Shown one piece after another: positions 56,473 through 64,000 of a DNA stretch of 64,000 nt. The translations under genes were made by a program, and so were the position numbers. The first letter of the stretch is position 1; each line of letters opens with the position of its first letter. This DNA is from Phycisphaerae bacterium. Lineage in GTDB: Bacteria; Planctomycetota; Phycisphaerae; Phycisphaerales; SM1A02. Under the pieces are notes generated by a model. It searched no databases, had not been told where the DNA came from, and was given only the letters and a program-made list of their open reading frames with translations. Location: contig JAERSY010000133.1 in NCBI GenBank assembly GCA_016845245.1, positions 10 through 64,009 of the forward strand, given 5' to 3'.

Positions 56473-58305
56473 ATGTCATTAAACATCCAATCAAGTGTGA
56501 GGGACGCCCTCCAAAATGGCTTTGAAGAAGCGCTCTCGCTTCAGGGTGAGGGGGTAGACCCCTTACTGAGGAAGTCTCAAAATCCCGAACATGGCGACTA
56601 CCAGTCCAATGGTGCAATGGGGCTTGGCAAGAAGCATGGAATGAACCCCAGAGAGCTTGCTGAGAAGGTGATTGGATTGGTTGATCTAAGTGCAATCGCG
56701 CATCCACTTGAGGTGGCGGGGCCCGGTTTTATCAATATCAAATTGAAGGATGAAACAATCCTTGAGATGGTCCGTGAAATGGATGCAGACAGTGGGCTTG
56801 GCATTGCTCAAAGTGAGGATGCTCACCCAGTTGCAATCGATTTATGTGGTGTGAATGTTGCCAAACAACTTCATGTGGGACACCTTCGTTCGACAATCAT
56901 TGGCGACGCGCTCGCCCGAATGTTTGAACGCGTCGGGAGAAAGGTTTACCGAGAAAATCATCTTGGCGATTGGGGACTTCCCATTGCGATGGTGTTGGAA
57001 CGGCTCATTGCAAGTGGAGTTGATTTGGACTCGCTCTCTCTAGATGCACTGAACGATGCATATCGCGACGCGCAACTTGGTGCTCGCATGGACTCCCGTG
57101 GACTTCAACGCGCCAAAGAACGGGACGCTGGACCACACCGCATCATCGAGTTAGAAACTCAAAACGAAAGTGCATCTGAAGCGCAGCAGTCTGCGAAGGA
57201 TTTACTCATCGCATTACAACAGGGCGATGCAAAGTTAGTAGGGGAATGGGAAAAGTTGATTGAGTGCACCATGCGTTCTGTTTTTGAATCGCTTGGTTTA
57301 CTGAATGTAAAAATTGGACCAGAGCACAATCGTGGTGAGTCTTTCTACAGAGAACATCTCGGTGGAATTGTTGACGAGTTTGTAAGCGGGGGGCTTGCCG
57401 TGGAAGATGGCGGCGCGCTTGTCGTTCGGTTTGACAATCGCGATAGGCCGATGCTAATCCGAAAATCTGATGGTGGTTTTTTATATGCAACTACAGATTT
57501 AGCCGCCATTAAGTTTAGAACGCAAACGCTCGGTGCTGATCAATTGATTTATGTCGTTGACGCGAGGCAGCGCGACCATTTTAAAGACTTGTTTGACGCT
57601 GCCGCACTCATTGGTTGGGATAAGACTCCCGACGGTGCTGAAGTCGACATGGTTCACATCCCGTTTGGTTCTGTTTTGGGTGATGATAAGAAACCACTCA
57701 AAACCAGAAGTGGTTCAAACGTCACGCTTTCATCATTACTCAATGAGGCCATTGAGCGTGGTGTTGCCGAGGTGCTCAAGCGCTCGTCTGATGAAAATGC
57801 CCCAACACATGGAATGGATGAAGCATCCCTCCATACGATTGGAAGACAAATCGGTATCGGCGCCATTAAGTATGCTGATTTATCAAATGACCTTGTGAGA
57901 GATTATGTGTTTGACATGGACCGTATGGTTGCTTTTGAAGGCAACACGGGCCCATACATTCAATACGCGGGCGCTCGTATTCGTTCACTCATTTCAAAAT
58001 GTGAAGACGATTGGAGTGGGGCGGAGTTCATTCTTGGGGAGCCAGAAGAACGCGCGTTAATCATGCAATTATTGCAGTACAACGCCGTTTTCCAAGGCAT
58101 GTTAAATAGTTTAGAGCCACACAGATTATGCACTTGGTTATACGACTTGACTGAAGCATTTAATGCTTTTTATCAGGCGTGCCCAGTCCTAAAAGTAGAA
58201 GACAAAGAAGTGAAGTTGAGTAGAGTTAAGCTCGCACATTTAACCAAACGGGTTATCGAAGATGGCCTTGATGTGCTGGGCATTGAATCACCGGAACACA
58301 TGTAA
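56473..58305 (+). CDS. argS: Arginine--tRNA ligase
   Basis: GPGFINI, NVAKQLHVGHLRS (HIGH), the KMSTR-equivalent region TRSG, and the DALR anticodon-binding end (YQACPVL...RVKLAHL). Confidence 0.95.
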   Translation: MSLNIQSSVRDALQNGFEEALSLQGEGVDPLLRKSQNPEHGDYQSNGAMGLGKKHGMNPRELAEKVIGLVDLSAIAHPLEVAGPGFINIKLKDETILEMVREMDADSGLGIAQSEDAHPVAIDLCGVNVAKQLHVGHLRSTIIGDALARMFERVGRKVYRENHLGDWGLPIAMVLERLIASGVDLDSLSLDALNDAYRDAQLGARMDSRGLQRAKERDAGPHRIIELETQNESASEAQQSAKDLLIALQQGDAKLVGEWEKLIECTMRSVFESLGLLNVKIGPEHNRGESFYREHLGGIVDEFVSGGLAVEDGGALVVRFDNRDRPMLIRKSDGGFLYATTDLAAIKFRTQTLGADQLIYVVDARQRDHFKDLFDAAALIGWDKTPDGAEVDMVHIPFGSVLGDDKKPLKTRSGSNVTLSSLLNEAIERGVAEVLKRSSDENAPTHGMDEASLHTIGRQIGIGAIKYADLSNDLVRDYVFDMDRMVAFEGNTGPYIQYAGARIRSLISKCEDDWSGAEFILGEPEERALIMQLLQYNAVFQGMLNSLEPHRLCTWLYDLTEAFNAFYQACPVLKVEDKEVKLSRVKLAHLTKRVIEDGLDVLGIESPEHM

Positions 58306-60110
58306 TGAAAAATAAAATAGAACAATCAACCCTAATACTTATTCCACTGCTCCTCCTTTCAGCAGTCGCATCAACGCTTGTTCTTGCATCTGTCAAACTT
58401 GGAATAGTCGATTCGATTCCGGGGTGTGGCCCACAAAGTGGTTGTGACATTGTCACGAATACTCGGTGGGGCGTCGTGCCAGTGATTGGGATTCCCGTGT
58501 CCTTTGTTGGCATCGCGTGGTTTGTTGGGTTGTTCATTGCGTACTTAATAAATGGCATCACGAAGCCAGTTCTTTGGTGTATCAGAGTGGGCGTCCTTGC
58601 CTCACTCATGTTCATTGGAATAATGATTTCGATTGATGCGATTTGTAAATATTGCATGTATGCACATGTGTGCAATGTGCTGTTCTGGGGTTGTGCCGAG
58701 ATTCAATATCGATGGAAAAAACGTGAGGGTGGTGGGTTTGTTCCACTCCTTGGTTCATGTTTAGCGAGCGTCATATTGATTTCTTTCGTGGGCATGGTTG
58801 TTGAACAACAAGAAGCAGAAGAACATAAAGCTCTTGCAGAGGAAAATGCTGAAGACATTTTAGAAGCCGATGTAACAAGTGAAACACTTGCGCTTCTTGA
58901 CGCAACACACATCATTGGTTCTCCTGACGCTCCAATTCAAATCACAATGTTTACTGATTACCAGTGTCCTGACTGCAACAGAATTGAAAAGCAGTTAGAG
59001 CGAATTGTCGAGAGTCGTGATGATGTTGCGGTTTGGGTTAAACACTTCCCAATGAATTACGAGTGCAATGAGCAGATTGGTAACTTTAAACTTCATCCAA
59101 ATGCGTGCTGGGCTGCAAGGGCTGCTGAAGCCGCTGCAATCATTGGTGGGTCTCACGGCTGGGAAATGATGCACCGTTGGTTGTTTGAAAACAGGGGTTC
59201 GTTTACCGATGCATCGTTTCCACCTGCGTTGCAGGCGATGGGGTTTGAGCCAAGCCAATTTGTTGAAGTGATGATGAGTGATGAGACGCTAGACCGTGTG
59301 AAAGCCGATGCTGCAGATGGTTTTGAACTTGGCCTTTACTTTACGCCAATGATTTTTATCAATGGTGTTGAGTATCTCTGGTACTACGGCAACGCGCAAT
59401 CACTCAGTAGTGTGATTGATCAAGTTGCAGCGCAGGTTGAGGCGGGTGAAACTGGGGTTGTTGCGCCACCAAGTGCCAATGACAAACTCCTTGAAGATTG
59501 GCGAAGAGGTCACAAACATCCAAACCGTTTGTATGAACACAGTTCATGGCTCGGAGATGGGGATGTTGAGGTCGTAGTGTGGGGAGATTATCACTCAAAC
59601 CTGTCAACTGAACTCGACACCATCATTCGAACCATGATGAACGATAACCCACACCTTAAGTACGCGTTTAGACCATTTCCTGTTGATGAGCGGTGTAATC
59701 AACATGCGTCAAATTTTCAATCTCAAAACGAGGGTTCTTGCTTCACTACCCAAGCCATTGAGTCGGTTGCAATCTTGGGTGGTGACGAGGCGCGCTGGGC
59801 ATTCCACAAGTGGCTTGTTGAAAATAAGGCCTCACTCCACCAACCGCTCGTTCTTGCAAAAGCATCGGAGATTACAGGTAGCCCCCAAAACATTATTCAA
59901 GATGTCATGCAAAGCATCGAGGTCAATGAACGCATGCAAAAAGATATCGTTGCGAAACAGAACATTTGGCGAAAGGGTGTACCTGTGTTAACTGTCGATG
60001 GACGCTATGTCCCGAGATGGAGAACAAACACATATGCAGCGGAAGAGTTGCTTCAACGAATTTTTGATTCATTGCCAGATGAATCTGATTCAACTGATAC
60101 AAGCCGGTAG
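58305..60110 (+). CDS. VKOR-domain membrane protein fused to two DsbA-like thioredoxin-fold domains
   Basis: The VKOR part has loop cysteines CGPQSGC, four to five TM helices and CKYC. The first DsbA-like domain has TDYQCPDC. The second, duplicated domain reads GDYHSNLS at the same position. Confidence 0.8.
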   Translation: MKNKIEQSTLILIPLLLLSAVASTLVLASVKLGIVDSIPGCGPQSGCDIVTNTRWGVVPVIGIPVSFVGIAWFVGLFIAYLINGITKPVLWCIRVGVLASLMFIGIMISIDAICKYCMYAHVCNVLFWGCAEIQYRWKKREGGGFVPLLGSCLASVILISFVGMVVEQQEAEEHKALAEENAEDILEADVTSETLALLDATHIIGSPDAPIQITMFTDYQCPDCNRIEKQLERIVESRDDVAVWVKHFPMNYECNEQIGNFKLHPNACWAARAAEAAAIIGGSHGWEMMHRWLFENRGSFTDASFPPALQAMGFEPSQFVEVMMSDETLDRVKADAADGFELGLYFTPMIFINGVEYLWYYGNAQSLSSVIDQVAAQVEAGETGVVAPPSANDKLLEDWRRGHKHPNRLYEHSSWLGDGDVEVVVWGDYHSNLSTELDTIIRTMMNDNPHLKYAFRPFPVDERCNQHASNFQSQNEGSCFTTQAIESVAILGGDEARWAFHKWLVENKASLHQPLVLAKASEITGSPQNIIQDVMQSIEVNERMQKDIVAKQNIWRKGVPVLTVDGRYVPRWRTNTYAAEELLQRIFDSLPDESDSTDTSR

Positions 60111-61225
60111 ATTTTTCCTTTTCGGCCGTACGCGTTTTTAAAACCGCAAATCAAGAGTTCGCCTGTTGGTGTTTCTCCAAATGATGAGACGGCAAGCGGG
60201 GAATCTATTGCGATTCTTTTGACTGAAACTCCGTCCTCGCCTTGGTGAAGCGCCCACGTTCTGCCGCTCATGTAATCGTTAAAGAAATAGTGGCCAACAT
60301 AATCTTTTAAGTCAGAGCCCCGATAGACGTAACCGCCCGTGACCGAACCACCATCTCGTCGTCCGTATTCATGCACTGGATCAATGAGGCCGCGTGGCAC
60401 TGAGGCCTTAGAGTCAAACTCATGGGCGCCTTCTCTAATTTTCCATCCATAGTTTCCACCTTTTTCAATGATGTCGATCTCTTCCCAATCATGTTGACCA
60501 ACATCTCCGGCCCAGAGTTTTCCTGTGTCTTTATCAAAACTCATTCTCCAGACATTTCGTAAGCCATAAGCCCAAATCTCTTCCCTTGTGTTTTTCTCGC
60601 CGACAAAAGGATTGTCTGTTGGGATTGAATACGCCTTTTCTTCTTGAGCGTTGTTTACGTCTATGCGAACAATCGTTCCAAGGAGCGTGCTTTTGTTTTG
60701 CCCATTGCCGTGAGGGTCGCCGCCCGAGCCACCATCGCCGATTGAAAGATAAATCAATCCGTCACTGCCAAACAACACAGTGCCCCCATTGTGGTTTCCC
60801 CAGGGCTGTTTCACAGTCAATAAAATTTGTTCTGAACTATTATCGACGACGCCTTCCTCATTGACTTTGAATGAGGACAAGAGCATGTTGTTTTTTCTAC
60901 TGTCTGGATTATCTGCGGTGTACCACACATAGAGCAATTTGTTCTCGCTGAAGTTTGGATGGAACGCCAGTGATAACAAGCCCTCTTCGGAGTTCTTAAC
61001 AACAACCCTGTCAGTGATGTCCATAAATTTATTCTTTTTAGATGTTGTTTTTTCGTCAGTGACTGAATACACAACGCCGTCTTTTTCAACGACGTACATG
61101 TGTGTGTTATCAACGCCGTCATATAACACTTGGATGGGTTCTTTAAAAGAAATGTTTTCATGAACGGGCTCAAATGTGAGTTGTCCTGCGGATACGAGTA
61201 GTGGAAAAATTATGTTAAACATCAT
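60053..61225 (-). CDS. PQQ-dependent sugar dehydrogenase (second paralogue, no dockerin tail)
   Basis: Signal-like N-terminus, then GLLSLAFHPNF, HNGGTVLFGSDGLIYLSIGDGGSGGDP, NPF and YGLRNVWRMSFD. Confidence 0.85.
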   Translation of the reverse strand: MMFNIIFPLLVSAGQLTFEPVHENISFKEPIQVLYDGVDNTHMYVVEKDGVVYSVTDEKTTSKKNKFMDITDRVVVKNSEEGLLSLAFHPNFSENKLLYVWYTADNPDSRKNNMLLSSFKVNEEGVVDNSSEQILLTVKQPWGNHNGGTVLFGSDGLIYLSIGDGGSGGDPHGNGQNKSTLLGTIVRIDVNNAQEEKAYSIPTDNPFVGEKNTREEIWAYGLRNVWRMSFDKDTGKLWAGDVGQHDWEEIDIIEKGGNYGWKIREGAHEFDSKASVPRGLIDPVHEYGRRDGGSVTGGYVYRGSDLKDYVGHYFFNDYMSGRTWALHQGEDGVSVKRIAIDSPLAVSSFGETPTGELLICGFKNAYGRKGKIYRLVSVESDSSGNESKIR

Positions 61226-63480
61226 TTCACCATGCTATCAAGAAAGTGGCGTGTGGAAACGTCTATTTGTCCTGTAGGCGACAACATCAAACGAATCGTT
61301 CCATCAACTGCTGTGTTGTAACGCTCCGAATGCTCAGGAATGCACCATTTGTCATGTTTGTGTCGACTTAAACTTGTCGATTGGAGAATGATTGCTGGGC
61401 GTGTTTCATCTAGAAATTGCTGGGTTACCATGTTCCATGAGCCATGGTGTGGGAGTTCAATGATGTCGGGAGACAAACCAACCAAAGCGCTTTGAATCTC
61501 ATCACCGCCAATGTCACCTGTAAAAACAATGTTGTTGTTACAAAGCGTTGTCGACAATACAAGGGATTCACTATTTCGCGAGTTGGATTGTTCTGTTTCC
61601 TGTGGGTGGTGCACCCTGAAGATGATTGACCCAGCGTCAATAGTGTCGCCTACCGCGAGTTGATAAATGGGTATGTTTCGATTTCCTGCTGCTTTAAGCA
61701 CTTGCTCCATCATGAACGAGGGGTTGTTAAACTCGTGCACTGATATGTAGATTGCGCCAACACCAACATGTTGAACGATGTCAAGAAGTCCCGCACAATG
61801 GTCAATGTCGCCATGTGAGACGATGATGGCGTCTAACACGGTGTGACCATTCGACTGTAACTCTGGAATGATTCGTTCTAGCCCTACATCTTCCCATGTT
61901 GCGGAGCCACCATCAATCAATATCAAAACGTCGTTGTGGTGAAGAAGGTGGGCTGCTCCATGTCCAACGTTTAGCGTCATCAATGTTGTGTGGTTCCTGG
62001 ATGGAAATAAAACCATACAAACAAGGGTGCTAAAAAGCACAAACAACTTTCGTTTCACTCGTTGCCAACGCGTAAGCGTCAATAGCGTTCCGATGTAGAT
62101 ACTCATAAGAAGTGGGTTTACAGATTGAATCGTCGTGTGACCAAGTGGAGCGTTTGCACCAATCTCTGCAATGGTGAGGAGAAGCTCAAGTGTTGTGTTA
62201 AAACTCGTTCCACTTACATCATTAAGAATTGTTCCGATTGGGGTCATTAAATGAATTGACCCTGTGATGAGAACGGCGCACAAACAAAGAAGAGAGGGGA
62301 TTGCGGTTAAGAGTCCTGATGGGGAAATGATATGAAATGCGCATGCAACAAATGGCGCTGCGACAAGCCACGCACAAAGTGAAACAACAAAGCTCTGTTG
62401 AACCCACCGCTTTGCTTTGTTCAACTTGCTTGCTATAAAAATCTTTGGCAGTAGTTGCCAACTGAGGTTTGGGCAATACACAATCAGTCCATAGACGATG
62501 CAAAATGTAAGCCAGAAGCCAATGCGGATGGATTCAAGCGGGTTTACGAGCAGTAAGAGGGTTGCAACGATTCCAAGCACGCTGAGGGGTTCGGTTTTGA
62601 CGCCACAACTCCGAAGCAGGTAGAACACACCAACCATCGCAATTGCTCTAATGACAGAGGGTGATGGTTCAATGCAAATCGCGCAGGCGCCTAGTGTTAA
62701 AAAGACGAGCGTTGTTTCAATACACTGGCTACATTGAAAAACCTTGGCAATGAATAGCACAAGGCCAACGAAGATGGCGATGTGCAAACCGCTGATTGCG
62801 AGAATGTGCGACATGCCCGCGCGCTGGAACAAGAGGGTGGTTTCGGCTAGGCAATCACCACGTATTCCAAGAAAGAGGGCGAGTGAGAGTGGTTTTGTGT
62901 GTTCATTTAGACCACTTGTTAACTGAATAACAATGCATTCTCGAAGGGTTGGTGAGTTTGAGGGTGTGGTTTTTGTTTTGATTTGAGCGGGATGTTGTAC
63001 AAACAGTGTTGGTGGTTTACCGTGAGTTCCAGCGCGAAACCAACCCGAAACGACAACTTGTAAGCTCCGGTTTACATTCAGTGGGTGTGGAGTGTTAATC
63101 CACACCTCTTCATTACCATTTGATGCGCGAAGAACACTTCCTTTGTAAACATGTTTTCGACTGCCGCGAGCGTGAACCTTTTCATCGATCGTGCATGTGA
63201 GTTCGACTGGTGAATTGATGATCGTGTTGCGTGAGTTGGGGTTGCTTTCTCTGAGTGTGGCAAAGGTTATAAAACAGAAGAGGCTTGCCACAATAATGAT
63301 TGTGTCGCTGCGAGTTGTTCCTCTACACAAAAGAACTGCGAACAGTGGAAGGGTCCAAGCAGCGTGATGGCTAGGGACGCATGTACCAACAAGGGAGCCC
63401 GTGCTCGCGGCCACACCAATCCAAAATGATTTTGTGTGTGGTCTTGGGGGTGGTGGAAATGAAATGGTTGGGTGCACCAC
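61222..63480 (-). CDS. comEC: ComEC/Rec2 DNA internalisation channel protein with a C-terminal MBL domain
   Basis: The core has multiple TM helices (SHILAISGLHIA motif). The C-terminal metallo-beta-lactamase part has VGHGAA, VSHGDIDHCAG and LPHHGS. Confidence 0.85.
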   Translation of the reverse strand: MVHPTISFPPPPRPHTKSFWIGVAASTGSLVGTCVPSHHAAWTLPLFAVLLCRGTTRSDTIIIVASLFCFITFATLRESNPNSRNTIINSPVELTCTIDEKVHARGSRKHVYKGSVLRASNGNEEVWINTPHPLNVNRSLQVVVSGWFRAGTHGKPPTLFVQHPAQIKTKTTPSNSPTLRECIVIQLTSGLNEHTKPLSLALFLGIRGDCLAETTLLFQRAGMSHILAISGLHIAIFVGLVLFIAKVFQCSQCIETTLVFLTLGACAICIEPSPSVIRAIAMVGVFYLLRSCGVKTEPLSVLGIVATLLLLVNPLESIRIGFWLTFCIVYGLIVYCPNLSWQLLPKIFIASKLNKAKRWVQQSFVVSLCAWLVAAPFVACAFHIISPSGLLTAIPSLLCLCAVLITGSIHLMTPIGTILNDVSGTSFNTTLELLLTIAEIGANAPLGHTTIQSVNPLLMSIYIGTLLTLTRWQRVKRKLFVLFSTLVCMVLFPSRNHTTLMTLNVGHGAAHLLHHNDVLILIDGGSATWEDVGLERIIPELQSNGHTVLDAIIVSHGDIDHCAGLLDIVQHVGVGAIYISVHEFNNPSFMMEQVLKAAGNRNIPIYQLAVGDTIDAGSIIFRVHHPQETEQSNSRNSESLVLSTTLCNNNIVFTGDIGGDEIQSALVGLSPDIIELPHHGSWNMVTQQFLDETRPAIILQSTSLSRHKHDKWCIPEHSERYNTAVDGTIRLMLSPTGQIDVSTRHFLDSMVK

Positions 63481-63571
63481 ACTATTGTGAATATTGAGTG
63501 TTGATTTTTGTTTTTGGATGCCAAAAAGTGATTTAGAGAATTAAGTCGCGTATTGATGTACACTCTCTTTT

Positions 63572-64000
63572 GTGGAAAATCTCATTGGAAATCAAGGCGT
63601 TCAAGACAGGATTCGCCGTGTTATTGCCTCAGAGCGGTGTCCCCACGCCTTCGTGTTTGCAGGCCCAAAAGGTGTTGGGAAGTATTCATTTGCAACGACA
63701 TTGGGTCTTGAACTCTTGGGTGCAAACAGTTGTGAACACCCTGATTTCCATACGATTAAAAAAGAGGATGTTGTGTGGTCATCAAACCCATCTCTCCAAC
63801 GAAAGAAACAAACCAACATTCCAGTTGACTTGATTCGAGAACGAATGATTGGAGGGACCACTTCAGATGGTTCAAAACACGATGCCGCTGTGTTTAAAAC
63901 ACCAGTCTCTGGCTTCAAAAAGGTTTTTATTATTGATGAGGCGGAGTTGTTGGATGAGTCGGGCCAAAACGCGTTACTTAAAACTTTAGAAGAGCCACCC
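63572..64000 (+). CDS. holB: DNA polymerase III delta-prime subunit, 3'-truncated by the window
   Basis: It is not in the ORF track because there is no stop in the window. A GTG at 63572 follows an in-frame TGA. Translation: VENLIGNQGV...HAFVFAGPKGVGKYSFA (Walker-A-like)...FIIDEAELL...NALLKTLEEPP. Confidence 0.8.
   Translation, partial: MENLIGNQGVQDRIRRVIASERCPHAFVFAGPKGVGKYSFATTLGLELLGANSCEHPDFHTIKKEDVVWSSNPSLQRKKQTNIPVDLIRERMIGGTTSDGSKHDAAVFKTPVSGFKKVFIIDEAELLDESGQNALLKTLEEPP

Noticed and set aside
63570-63833. 87-aa plus-strand ORF in the track
   Set aside because: It is an out-of-frame shadow of holB. The frame starting at the GTG at 63572 gives an unmistakable delta-prime sequence that stays open to the window end.

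Overview
The window is a densely packed, mostly housekeeping chromosomal segment of about 70 genes. I see no CRISPR array, transposase, integrase, prophage or recognisable defence island. Confident calls include three Pol III genes (dnaN, dnaE, and a partial holB at the 3' edge). Central metabolism is represented by tkt, gap, mdh, fbp, rpiB, deoC, sucD, thiolase and an aldehyde dehydrogenase. Nucleotide and cofactor genes are purM, upp, an Fcy1-type cytosine deaminase, queF, rdgB, metF, thiE, ubiX and a PduO-type adenosyltransferase. Also present are argS, tsaB, lptB, nfo, ferritin, comEC, a TolC-like/HlyD-like pair, several thiol-redox proteins, and one tRNA-Ile(GAU). Genes of unrelated function are strung together with 1-14 nt start/stop overlaps. 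atpG and sucD sit apart from their usual operon partners. That, together with a dockerin-tailed secreted enzyme, a PEGA lipoprotein, flgM and HTH-plus-receiver regulators, suggests a Planctomycetota/PVC-like marine bacterium, but this is inference only. Several ORF-track starts are over-extended; I re-set dnaN, mdh, yggS, tkt, thiolase, rhodanese and the HTH regulator using internal starts with Shine-Dalgarno motifs. The only accessory-looking locus is downstream of tRNA-Ile. There the tRNA 3' end and its terminator are duplicated about 150 nt away in an att-like direct repeat, followed by a near-consensus promoter and two AT-richer paralogous genes of unknown function. Other points worth a second look:
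- an aldehyde-dehydrogenase paralogue lacking the catalytic domain
- a translationally coupled trio of tiny membrane proteins
- a pair of pseudo-receiver regulators with repeats in the leader
- an orphan beta-class DNA methyltransferase coupled to an atypical metallophosphoesterase
- a B12-binding/MeaB-like fusion without a mutase subunit
- a VKOR fused to two DsbA-like domains

I could not identify a clear novel multi-gene system. All domain calls are by eye from motifs, with no searches run.
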